This document shows positions 21,039 through 30,977 of a stretch of DNA of 64,000 nt, one piece after another. Numbering within the stretch: position 1 is the first letter of the stretch; each line of letters starts with the position of its first letter. A model generated the notes under the pieces. That model searched no databases. It was not told the origin of the DNA and saw only the letters and a program-made list of their open reading frames with translations. Source of the DNA: an uncultured Gemmatimonadales bacterium. Its GTDB lineage: Bacteria > Gemmatimonadota > Gemmatimonadetes > Longimicrobiales > Longimicrobiaceae. Made by a program: the position numbers and the translations under genes. The DNA is taken from the NCBI GenBank assembly GCA_963716255.1, contig OY970303.1:8192001-8256000 (forward strand), written 5' to 3'.

Positions 21039-21811
21039 GTTGCAGTCGCGCGTAGAGCGACCATGAATCCTTTACCATGGGCGCGTTGTCGAACAACCGC
21101 AACGCTTTGGGTTGGATCTCCTTCGATGCTCAGAAGGTGATCACCGGATCGGAAACGGAGTTGGGCGTTACTGTTGACAAGGCCTACAAATAACTCGTGA
21201 AATCCCCATCCTCGGCCGCTAGTTCGCCCATAACGACTATTTCCATCGCCGAGGGCTATCTTCAACGCGGAGCCATGATCCTGAAGGGAACTGAATTCTG
21301 GGCAACTACGTAGCGACGCCAGCACGCCGATGCCACGGTCTAGAACAATGCACTCAAGCTCATTTGCTCTGACACTAAATACTAGAAGTCCGGTGTGCCC
21401 TGCGTCCGAGTGCGTGTGGATATTATCTTCCAACTCACCAATAGCACCTACAATTTGCTTCGCCCATTGCTGAGCAAACCCCGATGTTATCAGGGCTTGT
21501 TGAAGCTGATATCGGAATCGGACCCAAGCTAGATGGTTGAAATCGGTGTGTTTCCGCTGAACTCGCACAAAGCCCATTACTGGTCCTTCAACAGAGCACC
21601 AAAATTCGCGGCGGGATTTGATTTGAACGTGGAGAGCCTCGAAGGGTGGTGTGCGAATGAGCGATCCGAGTTGGTGACCAGCGGAGCGAAGCCAATACCA
21701 TTCTAGATACGCCGCGAGATCTGCCGTAACAAACGTGTGCTTACTTTTATCGTGATTTGCTGCAACCAGCACGCTCAAGCGATCAAGCTCTTGAATCGTG
21801 AGTTCAATCAC
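21035..21811 (-). CDS. GHKL/HATPase_c (RsbW-like) ATP-binding protein
   Basis: N-box ELEDNIHTHS, G1 DRGIG, G2 GRGWGF, RFRSGD, terminal GFMV; no HisKA domain. Confidence 0.75.
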   Translation of the reverse strand: MIELTIQELDRLSVLVAANHDKSKHTFVTADLAAYLEWYWLRSAGHQLGSLIRTPPFEALHVQIKSRREFWCSVEGPVMGFVRVQRKHTDFNHLAWVRFRYQLQQALITSGFAQQWAKQIVGAIGELEDNIHTHSDAGHTGLLVFSVRANELECIVLDRGIGVLASLRSCPEFSSLQDHGSALKIALGDGNSRYGRTSGRGWGFHELFVGLVNSNAQLRFRSGDHLLSIEGDPTQSVAVVRQRAHGKGFMVALRATAT

Positions 21812-21925
21812 ATGTCATCGTCGCAAAGGTGTTTAGATCAGGGATTGAAGGTGGAAATACTGGAGATGGTCTGGGGAATGCGCAACCCCGTCCGACTAGC
21901 GGCAGTCAAGGTTGTCAGCGGAAAA

Positions 21926-22018
21926 CGGGCGCGTGGTCGCCGCCGGCCCGCCCGCCGTGGTGGCCCGCGCCGCGAAGAGCCGCACGGCGCCCTACCTGGC
22001 GCGGGAGCTGGGGTGAGG
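21926..22018 (+). repeat. 93-bp direct repeat, right copy (displaced uvrA-like 3' end)
   Basis: Encodes [33 protein letters not shown]. Confidence 0.95.
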
Positions 22019-22019
22019 A

Positions 22020-22475
22020 ATGGCTGAGATCAAGCTCCGGTTCGGGAAGGCTCGCCACGGGTGGCTCCCGACCACGCTCGAAGTCGACGGCGACGTGCTC
22101 GCCTTCGACGTGTCGTATCTCCCCCACGACTTCATCACGGAGCTGATCGCGGCGCTTTCAGGGGTGCTCGACGGGCGGAGGGAGTACGTCGCCCGGATCT
22201 GCGAGGAGCCGACGGAGCACGACTGGCGGTTCCGCTCGTTCGATCCGTCGGCCGTGGCGTTCGAAGTGGTAACCTACAGGGACGGGCGCGGCGACAGAGG
22301 CGAAGTCGTGGCCCGGACGTGGGGAGCACCGCTCGACGTCGTGCTTCCGTTCTGGCGGGGGCTGCGGGAGCTTTCGGACCGCGCCGCGGCGGAGCGCTTC
22401 CGCGCAAACTGGAGCGCGCCTTTTCCCTTCGACGCGCTCGACCGGCTGAGCAGGCGCGTCGAGCCGGGCGGCTAA
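22020..22475 (+). CDS. Hypothetical protein
   Basis: 151-aa ORF, GAGG RBS within the repeat end, host-like codon usage. Confidence 0.7.
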   Translation: MAEIKLRFGKARHGWLPTTLEVDGDVLAFDVSYLPHDFITELIAALSGVLDGRREYVARICEEPTEHDWRFRSFDPSAVAFEVVTYRDGRGDRGEVVARTWGAPLDVVLPFWRGLRELSDRAAAERFRANWSAPFPFDALDRLSRRVEPGG

Positions 22476-22488
22476 CACGCGGCGCGCA

Positions 22489-23508
22489 TCAGGCGGCGCT
22501 CTCGCGCGGCGGGCGGAGCGCGATCAGGCGCAGGAGCAGTTCCTCCATGGCCTGCCGGTCCGAGAGCGACGCCGACTTGAGCAGCCGGTCCGTGCGCAGC
22601 AATTCCGCCAGCGCCGCGTCCACTTCCGCCAGCGTCCACTTCCTGGCCTGAGGCGCCACCTTGCGCGCCAGCCACTTCTGGTACGGCTTCAGCTCGCGCT
22701 CCAGCGCCCCCTGCCCCCCCGCGCACACCAGCGCCACGCGCAGGAGCTGCTGCGCCATCCCGATCACCAGCCCCACCCCGCTCTCCCCCGACTCCAGAAG
22801 CACGGGGAGGACGCGCAGCGCCTCCGGGAGGCGACGGTCGCCCACCAGGTCGAACCAGGCCCAGCGGTCGGCGCGCGGGACGTTGCCGCCCACCGCGCGC
22901 ACGTCGTCCAGGGTGATGCGGCCGCGGTCCTGCACGTACCCCGCGAGCTTGGTCAGCTCCGAGGTCAGCGTCCCCAGGCTGGTCCCCACCGCGGCGACCA
23001 GCGCGCTCGCCGCGTCCGGCTCCAGCTCCACCTCGTGTGCTGCGCGCGCCCGCTCGATCAGCCACCCCGGCGCGTCCAGCGGCTCCAGCGACGCGTACTC
23101 CACCGAGGTGGCGCGCTTCTGCAATTCCGTGTAGAACTTGGCCTTGGAGCCCGCCGGAATGGCCGCGGAAAGGACCAGCGCCAGCCCCGGGGGCGGCGCC
23201 TTGGCCGCGGCCTCCACCACCTCGCGCGCCTTCACCGAGAGCCCCTGCGCCGCCCGCACCACCACCACGCGCCACTCCGCCATCATCGGCGGCGTGGCGA
23301 TCAGCGACGCCAGCTCGTCCGCCGCCACCTCCCCGCCGGCAACCTGGTCGAAGTTGAAGTCGCGCGTCCCCGGGTCCAGGTGCCGCTCCACCACGCGCGC
23401 GACGGCCTCCTCGCGGAGGTAGTCCTCGTCGCCGTGGAAGAAGAAAACTCCGCCGCCCGCGCGGTCGCGCAGGGAGCGGAGCAGGGCTTCGTGGGAGATC
23501 TCGGACAC
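22489..23508 (-). CDS. holA: DNA polymerase III subunit delta
   Basis: FFFHGDEDYL, DFNFD, TPPMMAEWRVVVV, ELTKLAGY, TDRLLKS; 339 aa. Confidence 0.9.
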   Translation of the reverse strand: MSEISHEALLRSLRDRAGGGVFFFHGDEDYLREEAVARVVERHLDPGTRDFNFDQVAGGEVAADELASLIATPPMMAEWRVVVVRAAQGLSVKAREVVEAAAKAPPPGLALVLSAAIPAGSKAKFYTELQKRATSVEYASLEPLDAPGWLIERARAAHEVELEPDAASALVAAVGTSLGTLTSELTKLAGYVQDRGRITLDDVRAVGGNVPRADRWAWFDLVGDRRLPEALRVLPVLLESGESGVGLVIGMAQQLLRVALVCAGGQGALERELKPYQKWLARKVAPQARKWTLAEVDAALAELLRTDRLLKSASLSDRQAMEELLLRLIALRPPRESAA

Positions 23509-23593
23509 GGGCGGTGCGGCGGTGGGTGCGGAGAGCGCGCGGGCCGGCGACTCGCCCGCGCCGTGGAGGCCGGCGCCCCGCCCCGCCGCGGCG

Positions 23594-24154
23594 TCAGTTC
23601 GCCGGCAGCAGGTTCATGGCGACGGGGTTGGTGACCGGGACCCCGATGGGATAGTAGCGGAACAGGAGGTGGTTGTCACGCGCCTGCAGCGCCGCGGGCT
23701 CCAGGTCGCGGTGGAGCACCGCCGTGTGCGCCAGCAGCGGCCCGGCCATGGACAGCGGCGGCAGGTCCGCGCCCGGCGCCCGCGCCGACACGGCCGGCAG
23801 GCGGTACAGCCCGTCCGTCACCGGGCGGAGCACGGGGAGGAACGCCGCCATGGCCAGCACCGCCGCGATGGACAGCACCGCGGGGGTGGGGACGCCCGAG
23901 AAGCGCCGGTCCGGCGTCCGCAGCTCGTCCTCCAGGTGGAAGATGCGGTGCTGGAGCCGGGCCGCGAAGTCGTCGGAGGGAGCCAGCTCCGGGAGGTCGC
24001 GGAAGATCACCGCGCCGCGGTCGACCACCCGGTCGTAGCGGGCGCAGGAGGCGCAGGCGGCGAGGTGCGCCTCGAACTCGCGGCTCTCCTCCGGGAGCAG
24101 GAAGCCGTCCCGGAACTCCGAGTACTCGTCGAGGAAGCGTGCGCAGTCCACCAT
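23594..24154 (-). CDS. zf-HC2 anti-sigma factor-like membrane protein
   Basis: N-terminal C...HLAACASC motif plus one TM helix. Confidence 0.8.
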   Translation of the reverse strand: MVDCARFLDEYSEFRDGFLLPEESREFEAHLAACASCARYDRVVDRGAVIFRDLPELAPSDDFAARLQHRIFHLEDELRTPDRRFSGVPTPAVLSIAAVLAMAAFLPVLRPVTDGLYRLPAVSARAPGADLPPLSMAGPLLAHTAVLHRDLEPAALQARDNHLLFRYYPIGVPVTNPVAMNLLPAN

Positions 24155-24586
24155 GGCTCGTGTGTCGCAGGGAAACGCGTTCGGTGCGGGTCCGCGGGGC
24201 GCGGACCGTGTGACCGGTTCCTTCTACGCGGGAAAGGTTTGGGTGTTCCAGCCCGCTTTCGGCCGGATCTTGCGGCGGGCCGCGCCCGTGTCGGACGGAC
24301 GCGGCGCGGGAGCGAAAAGCGAGAGGGCCGCTTCCCCCCCGGGAGCGACCCTCTCGCCTTCCGACCCTCCGAACCGACGCACGCGGCGGGCCGGACCAAC
24401 CTGCCTTCCGTCTGTCTCAGCGCGCTCGGTCAAGCCTGGAGGCGATGATCCGCGAGAGCACCAGACCATGTACCGCGGGGCTGGCGCAGTGTTCCCGGAG
24501 ATGATGCAGGCCGGCGATCCCCCCCTCCGGTGCTCCTGTCTCGGCCACGCTGCGGTCCAGGCCCCCGCCTCGCAGCAGGAGCCGCG

Positions 24587-25219
24587 TCAGCTCGTGGTCG
24601 CGCCTGACACCGACGCCTGCTTGGCGGGCTTCGTGAAATGCCTGAACCTACCTACGGACCAGATGTAATGATGCACGGTGCCATCGCGCTGAGTGATCAC
24701 CAGGTGCCAGTAGACGATTCCATCCGGACCCATTTTCGGGGAGAGGTTGTACCGTGAATAGGCCCAGCTCACCTCCTTTCCGTCCGGGAAGGTGACCTTC
24801 CCACCCCGAGTCCCCCCACTGACCGTGGGGCCGGCTGCGTCCGCCCGGATCATCTCGGATTCACCCGTGTCATACGCAAGGGCCAGATACTGGATGGTAT
24901 CGGAATCGCTTACGGCGGCCGTGTCCGACGCCGTCCAGGATTCCACCTCGGCCCATCCCTCTTCCGCCCACCCATCTTCCGCCCACCCTTCGTCCGCCGT
25001 CCCCTCATCCACCGTCCCCTCATCCACCGTCCCCTCATCCACCGTCCCCTCATCCACCGTCCCCTCATCCACCGTCCCCTCATCCACCGTCCCGGACAGG
25101 TTCCGCGATACCGCCTCGCTGCCTGCCTGCGGCAGGGTCGCCGTCTCGCACCCGGCGCTTGCCAGCGCCAGGGCCACCACCGCGAACGTCGCCCGCATCC
25201 TGGAGTGCGTGAAGCTCAT
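24587..25219 (-). CDS. Hypothetical lipoprotein with acidic GTVDE pentapeptide repeats
   Basis: Lipobox LASAGC; GGAG RBS; repeat tract in frame. Confidence 0.7.
   Translation of the reverse strand: MSFTHSRMRATFAVVALALASAGCETATLPQAGSEAVSRNLSGTVDEGTVDEGTVDEGTVDEGTVDEGTVDEGTADEGWAEDGWAEEGWAEVESWTASDTAAVSDSDTIQYLALAYDTGESEMIRADAAGPTVSGGTRGGKVTFPDGKEVSWAYSRYNLSPKMGPDGIVYWHLVITQRDGTVHHYIWSVGRFRHFTKPAKQASVSGATTS
24997..25093. repeat. 15-bp tandem repeat (CCGTCCCCTCATCCA) x6 plus partial copy
   Basis: Six perfect units, flanked by degenerate units encoding GWAE(D/E). Confidence 0.95.
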
Positions 25220-25506
25220 GCTCCCTCCTGCCTTGTCGATTGTGGACCGATGATCAGGACGCAGAAGTAATCATCCGATCCTCCCTGATGTCAATAGATC
25301 TGTCTTATTACATGCGCCTTCGGTGAGCCAACACGGTCCAAGTTCAACTGCGCCAGATGGTGGCAGGTGCTCCAGCGGGGGACGCAGCAAACGAATAAGG
25401 GGAGCCCCGGAAGTGGGGACTCCCCTCGAATGCAGCGCCGGTGGCCGCCCAGCGTGCTCACGTCACGCGCTCCCCCCGCCGGAAGGCGGAAACCCGCGCC
25501 ATGGGC

Positions 25507-26151
25507 TCAGTCGAGCATGGGGGCGATGATCTGCGCGAAGTTGTTGCGGGCGCGGTTCAGGCGGCTCTTCACCGTGCCCAGGTTGCACTTGGTGATGTCC
25601 GCGATCTCCTCGTAGGTCTTCCCCTCCATCTCGCGGAGGATGAACACCGTGCGGTGGTGCTCCGGGAGCTCCGAGACCGCGGACTCCACCATCCGGCGCA
25701 GGTGGCGCTTCCGGAAGAGGTCGTCGGGGCGGTAGGTGTTGTCCTCCCACTCCAGCGGCCGCGCGTCGGCGTCCCAGTTCTTCTTGATCGCCTGGAAGAG
25801 CACCAGCGGGTTGCGCGAGCGGTTGCGCAGCTCGTTCTTCGCCAGGTTGGAGGCGATGGTGTAGATCCAGGTGGAGAACTTCTTGGTCTGGTCGAACCGG
25901 TGAAGGTGCCGGTAGACGCGGATGAAGGTCTCCTGCACCAGGTCCTCGGCCCGCTCCCGGTCGCCGGTGGTGCGGTAGACGAAGTTCAGCAGGCGGGTCT
26001 GGTAGCGCTCCACCAGCTCGTTGAACGCCCGCTTCTCCCCGGCGAGGAACTGCGCCACCACGCCGCTGTCGTCGAGCTCCTTGAGCACGACCCGCGTGGA
26101 ACGGGGCTCGTCCGCATCCCTGGGGCGCAAGGCAAACGATGATTCCGACAT
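25507..26151 (-). CDS. ECF sigma-70 factor (RpoE/SigW-like)
   Basis: AEDLVQETFIRVY, FSTWIYTIASN, YEEIA...GTVKSRLNRAR. Confidence 0.93.
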   Translation of the reverse strand: MSESSFALRPRDADEPRSTRVVLKELDDSGVVAQFLAGEKRAFNELVERYQTRLLNFVYRTTGDRERAEDLVQETFIRVYRHLHRFDQTKKFSTWIYTIASNLAKNELRNRSRNPLVLFQAIKKNWDADARPLEWEDNTYRPDDLFRKRHLRRMVESAVSELPEHHRTVFILREMEGKTYEEIADITKCNLGTVKSRLNRARNNFAQIIAPMLD

Positions 26152-26517
26152 GCGAACCCCCTGGTAGACTTTCGAAGGTAGGGAGGCGCCTCGTCCGCGT
26201 CCGCGGCCCGGGATCGCCTTCACCATGCTGGAAGCGCAGTTTCCATTCCCCGTGCCACACCACCCACAAACCGCGCGCTCACAATCACTTACACCGCACG
26301 ATCGCCGATCTTTCCCTCTTCCCATCCGTCCTCCGTAGAGGACGCGTCCCGCGGGAAAGGGACACTCCCGCCCTACCGTTCGCCCGCCTCTCCGCGGACC
26401 TGCTTTCCCCAGAAGACACGCGCCGCCGCCCGTACCCCTATGCCGCCGCGGCACAGTCCCCTGCCCTGCTCTACGCGGCCGGCCCCGCTCCGGATTCTTT
26501 TTCCCCCCCCACCTTCT

Positions 26518-26648
26518 GCGGAGGGAGACCCGCCGGCAGTTTGGCGGGGCTCCCGGAGCCGGAGCGGAGACAGCCGGGCAGTTTCGGCTGGCTCCGCGAC
26601 CCGCGTAGGAAACAGGCCGGCTGTTTGGCCTGGTTCCGGAGCGGCCCC
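26518..26648 (+). repeat. Family A repeat copy 3
   Basis: Three modules; stems CCGCC, AGCCG, AGGCC. Confidence 0.85.
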
Positions 26649-26679
26649 GAAGCCAAGGACGTCCGACAGCCCCGGTCTG

Positions 26680-27264
26680 TTACATCCCGAGCACGAACCC
26701 GGCGGCGTACAGGATGGTGCAGATGGACTTGGCGTCCACGATCTCCCCGTCGCGCACCATCTCCAGGACCTTCGAGAAAGGAAACCGCACGACGTCCATG
26801 AACTCGTCCACGTCGCGGGCCTGCGTTCCCTCCTCCAGCCCGGTGGCGAGGAACAGGTGGATGCGCTCGTCGGTGAAGCCGGGGGTGGTGTAGATGGTGG
26901 TCAGCCGGCGCATCTCTCCGGCGCGGAGCCCGGTCTCCTCCTCCAGCTCGCGCCGCGCGCACAGCTCCCAGTCCTCGCCCGGGGCGTCGGGCCGCCCCGC
27001 CGGCACTTCGTAGATGTAGCCGCCGGTGGCGTAGCGGTACTGGCGGATCAGGACGACCTCGGGATCTTCGTCGTCCGTGCTCCCGGCCACCGGGAGGACC
27101 GCCGCCGCCCCCGAGTGGCGGATCATCTCCATCTCGCCGGTGGAGCCGTCCGGGAAGCGGACGGTGTCCAGGTTCAGGTGCACGATCCGCCCGCCGTGGA
27201 CGGGTCTGGAAGAGATGCACCCGGGCTCCTGCCGGGCCCCGTCCTGCCGTGGCTGCTCGCTCAT
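26680..27264 (-). CDS. NUDIX hydrolase (ADP-ribose pyrophosphatase-like)
   Basis: RQYRY, EVPAG...ARRELEEETG, YTTPGFTDE, IVDAKS. Confidence 0.9.
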   Translation of the reverse strand: MSEQPRQDGARQEPGCISSRPVHGGRIVHLNLDTVRFPDGSTGEMEMIRHSGAAAVLPVAGSTDDEDPEVVLIRQYRYATGGYIYEVPAGRPDAPGEDWELCARRELEEETGLRAGEMRRLTTIYTTPGFTDERIHLFLATGLEEGTQARDVDEFMDVVRFPFSKVLEMVRDGEIVDAKSICTILYAAGFVLGM

Positions 27265-27406
27265 GTTGTTCCCCGTGGTTGGAAAGATGGACACGGCCGG
27301 GCGGGTGTTCAACCCGTAAACCGATGCCTTAACGAAGTTTTAACCCTGCGCCAAACGACGAGCGCCCCGCCGGGTGGACGGGGCGCCCGCTTCCGCCCGG
27401 GGCGGA

Positions 27407-28790
27407 TCAGAGCTCCAGGTCGGACGGCTGGATCACCCGGACCTCGCCGATCTCCTCCAGCGGCCCGCGGAGGCCGGCGGCGTCGCCCACCACCACCACC
27501 ACCATCCGCTCGGGGTCCAGGTGGTCCCGGGCGGCGCGGAGCACGTCGTCGGCGCTCACCTCCAGGATGCGCTCGCGGTAGCTCTGGAAATAGTCGTCCG
27601 GGAGACCGTACACGGCGATCTGCGACAGCCGCGACGCCAGCCCCACGGTGGTCTCCAGCCGCAGCGGGAAGACGCCGGCCAGGTAGCTGCGCACGTCGTC
27701 CAGCTCGGCGGGGGTAACGGGCTCCTCGCGGATCGCCTGCGACTCGTGGAGGATCTCGCGCACGGAGGCCGCCGTGGCGCCGGACTGCACCGCGGTGCTG
27801 ACCGCGAAGGGCCCCGGGTGCCGCCGCAGGGTGAAGAAGGAGCTGAGCCCGTAGGTGTAGCCGTGCCGCTCCCGCAGGCTCAGGTTGAGCCGCGAGGAGA
27901 AGCTCCCGCCCAGGATCTGGTTCATCACCGACGCCGCGAAGTAGTCGGGGTGGGTGCGGGCGATTCCCACGTGCCCCACGCGCAGCTCGGACTGCACGGC
28001 GCCGGGGCGGTCCACCAGCACCACGCGGGGGGCGTCCTCGCGGGGGCGGATGTCCGCCTCGGGCGACGGGTCCGGCGCCCCCGCCCAGTCGCCCAGGCAA
28101 GACTCGGCGATCTCCGCCGCCTCGTCGACGCCCAGGTCGCCGGCGACGAGCATGGTCGCGCCGGCGGGCCGGTAGCGGGCGGCGTGGAAGGCCTGCACGT
28201 CCTGCCGGGTGAGCCCCTGGAGCGAGGCAGCGGTCCCGGAGAGCGGCCGCGCGTACGGCGACCCGGGGGCGTAGACGAAGCGGAGAAAGGCTTCGTTCGC
28301 CAGCAGTCCGGGGTCGGCGCGGCGCTGGGCGATGCTCGCCAGCCGCTGGGCGCGCACGCGGTCAAGCTCGGCCTCCGGGAAGTCCGGGCGGCGCAGCAGG
28401 TCGGCGAGGATGCGCGCCCCCGGCTCCACCCGCGCGCGCAGCGCCGTGAAGCCCACGTAGGTGGCGTCCCAGGAGGCGCCGGTGTCCGCCAGGATCCCCA
28501 GCCCCTCCAACTCGGTGGCGATCTCCAGCCCGGTCCGGCCGGCGGCGCCGGTGTCCAGCAGGTCGGCGGTGAGGGCTGCGGCGCCGGCGCGCTCGGCGTC
28601 GTCGTCCAGCCCGCTCACCGGGAGGGAAACGCCCATGGAGACCACGGGGAAGTTGCGCACCTCCGCCACCAGCAGGTCCATGCCGTTGGAGAGCCGGCGG
28701 CGGTGCACCGGGGGAAAGTGGAAGGGACGGAGCGGCCCGGGCGGGGGCGGCACGCTCCGGTTCGAGCGCGTCCGGCCGCGGGGCGCTCAC
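27407..28790 (-). CDS. M16 peptidase, non-catalytic partner subunit (apparent 1-nt frameshift near the 5' end)
   Basis: LSNG, ILGGSFSSRLNLSLRERHGYTY; lacks HxxEH; long ORF is 27407-28753. Confidence 0.85.
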
Positions 28791-30070
28791 GCGGCCTCCT
28801 GCTGCGCGCGCGGAACGTAGGCCAGCACGGCGCGGTTGTCGGCGGCCAGGAACTCCAGGGCGAAGCGGCGCACCTGCTCCTCGCCGGCGGCGCGGTAGTG
28901 GTCCATCTCGGTGTTGATGCGGCCGGGATCGTCGAAGCGGGTGGTGTACATGGAGATGTCGTTGGCGCGCTCGCTCACCTGCTGGATGCCGATGACGTGG
29001 CGTGCCTCGATGCCGGTGACCGCCCGCTCGATCTCCGCGGCGAGGTCGCCGCTGGAGGGAGCCGCCTGAAGCTCGGCGAGCACGGCGGCCTCCAGTGCCT
29101 CCACCGTGGTGCCCGGGGTGGCGGTGGCGCTCACCACCAGCATGGCCGCGCCGGTGACGATGGGGAACGTGAACGCTCCCGCGTCCTTGGCAAGGCGCCG
29201 CTCGCGCACCAGCGTGCGGTACAGGCGCGAGGACTTGCCCGTGGCCAGCACGCCCGTGAGCACGTCCGCGGCGTAGAACTCCGGGGTGCCGTACGGGGGG
29301 ATGCGGAAGCCCATGTACAGCCGCGGCAGCGCCACGTCTCCCTCCACGCGGGCGCGCACCTCCCCGCCCATGCGGTGGGGGAGGTCGGGGCGGCCGGGGA
29401 GCGGCGGGATCTGCGGGCCGCGCGGGATGGGGCCGAAGTAGCGGTCGACCAGCGCGCGCGCCTCGGCGGCATCGAAGTCGCCGCACAGGGTGAGCACGGC
29501 GTTGTTGGGCGCGTAGTAGGTGCGGAAGAAGTCGCGCACGTCGTCCAGGGTGGCGCGGTCCAGGTCCGCCATGCTCCCGATGACCGAGTGGTGGTACGGG
29601 TGGTCGGCGGGGTAGACCATTGCCTGGAGGCGCTCGTCCCAGTCGCCGTACGGGGCGTTGTCCACCCGCTGCAGCCGCTCGTTCTTCACCACCGCGCGCT
29701 GGTTGTCCAGCTTTTCCTGGCTGATGGCCGGGAGGAAGAAGCCCAGCCGGTCGGACTCCAGCCAGAGCGCCAGCTCCAGCCGGTTTGCCGGCACGGTCTC
29801 GAAGTAGTTGGTGCGGTCCAGCCAGGTGGAGCCGTTGACGGAGCCCCCCGCCCTCTCGACGTGGGCGACGTGCTGGGTGTCGGCGACGTTCTGCGACCCC
29901 TGGAACATGAGGTGCTCGAAGAGGTGCGCGAGCCCGGTCTTCCCCGGCACCTCGTTGCGGCTCCCCACGTTGTACCAGAGGTTCACGGCGACGACGGGGT
30001 TGGTGTGGTCCTCGGAAAGGACCACGCGCAGCCCGTTGGGGAGGGTGTAGCGCTCGATGGGGATCTGCAT
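28787..30070 (-). CDS. M16 (pitrilysin-family) zinc peptidase, catalytic subunit
   Basis: WYNVGSRNE, GLAHLFEHLMFQGS, DRTNYFE, YYAPNNA. Confidence 0.93.
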   Translation of the reverse strand: MQIPIERYTLPNGLRVVLSEDHTNPVVAVNLWYNVGSRNEVPGKTGLAHLFEHLMFQGSQNVADTQHVAHVERAGGSVNGSTWLDRTNYFETVPANRLELALWLESDRLGFFLPAISQEKLDNQRAVVKNERLQRVDNAPYGDWDERLQAMVYPADHPYHHSVIGSMADLDRATLDDVRDFFRTYYAPNNAVLTLCGDFDAAEARALVDRYFGPIPRGPQIPPLPGRPDLPHRMGGEVRARVEGDVALPRLYMGFRIPPYGTPEFYAADVLTGVLATGKSSRLYRTLVRERRLAKDAGAFTFPIVTGAAMLVVSATATPGTTVEALEAAVLAELQAAPSSGDLAAEIERAVTGIEARHVIGIQQVSERANDISMYTTRFDDPGRINTEMDHYRAAGEEQVRRFALEFLAADNRAVLAYVPRAQQEAA

Positions 30071-30205
30071 CGGAGTGCGAAAGTGCGAGAGTGCGAAAAC
30101 GCGGGACGCGAAGCGCCCGGCGGTACGTCCCTACAGCACAAAGCCCGCCTGCGCGGGCCGTTGGAGCAGTTCCCTGCCGTTCCTGCCGTACCCCCATGAT
30201 CCGTT

Positions 30206-30339
30206 GCGGAGGGAGACCCGCCGGCAGTTTGGCGGGGCTCCCGCAGCCGGAGCGGAGACAGCCGGGCAGTTTCGGCTGGCTCCGCGACCCGCGCAGGAGA
30301 CCGGCGAGGCAGTTTTTCGCCGGGCTCCGGAGCGGCCCC
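30206..30339 (+). repeat. Family A repeat copy 4
   Basis: Three modules; stems CCGCC, AGCCG, CGGCGA. Confidence 0.85.
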
Positions 30340-30349
30340 GACGACGCAG

Positions 30350-30940
30350 CTAAGGATCCCGCTCGATCAGCGCGAACGGCAGGCTGAAGCTCTCGCGCAG
30401 CATGAACCGCCGCTCGGCGTCGGCGCTCCGGGAGATGGGACTGCTGCGGGTGGGCGAGCTGTGCGCCCGGACCCCCACGCGCATGGCGAGCAGGCGCAGG
30501 CGCAGCATGTGGAACGGGTCGCTGACCAGCACGGCGGAGCGGATGCGGCTGCCGTCCATGATCCCGGCGACGGCGCGCATGGACTGCAGCGAGGTCATCC
30601 CGCGCTCCTCGGTGAAGATCACCCCGGCGGGGATCCCCCGCCGCGCCGCGTAGCGCTTGCTCACCACGGCTTCGCTGACGGTGTCCCCGGGGCCGGTGCC
30701 GCCCGTCATGATGAGCGTGTCGGCGATGCCGCGGCGGTACAGCTCGACGGCGTGGTCCAGCCGCGCACGCAGCACGGGCGAGGGCTTGCCGTCGTACTGG
30801 GCGGCGCCGAGCACGACGATGGCGCCGGCCGGGCGGGCCTCGTCGCGGCGGGCAAACAGGACGATGGCCGTGAGCACGGCGCCCCAGCCGGCGAGCGCGG
30901 CGAGCGCGGCGATGACGAGGACGCGGAGCAGGCGCTTCAT
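30350..30940 (-). CDS. YdcF/DUF218 family protein
   Basis: IVVLGAA, ARLDHA, TGG...SEA, LVSDPFHMLR. Confidence 0.88.
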   Translation of the reverse strand: MKRLLRVLVIAALAALAGWGAVLTAIVLFARRDEARPAGAIVVLGAAQYDGKPSPVLRARLDHAVELYRRGIADTLIMTGGTGPGDTVSEAVVSKRYAARRGIPAGVIFTEERGMTSLQSMRAVAGIMDGSRIRSAVLVSDPFHMLRLRLLAMRVGVRAHSSPTRSSPISRSADAERRFMLRESFSLPFALIERDP

Positions 30941-30977
30941 GGGCGCCGGAGGGCGAAGGGACCGGGCACGCGGGATT

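Larger units (their letters stand above)
18840..21925. mobile_element. Low-GC four-gene islet bounded by direct repeats; no integrase
   Basis: Abrupt GC and codon-usage drop between the two 93-bp repeats. Confidence 0.85.

Noticed and set aside
24997..25093. Tandem repeat as a CRISPR array
   Set aside because: 15-bp units with no spacers, in frame within a gene; no cas genes in the window
25329..25345. CAACACGGTCCAAGTTC resembling the regulon motif
   Set aside because: No xAxxxT hexamer with a convincing match at the usual spacing and no plus-strand gene downstream
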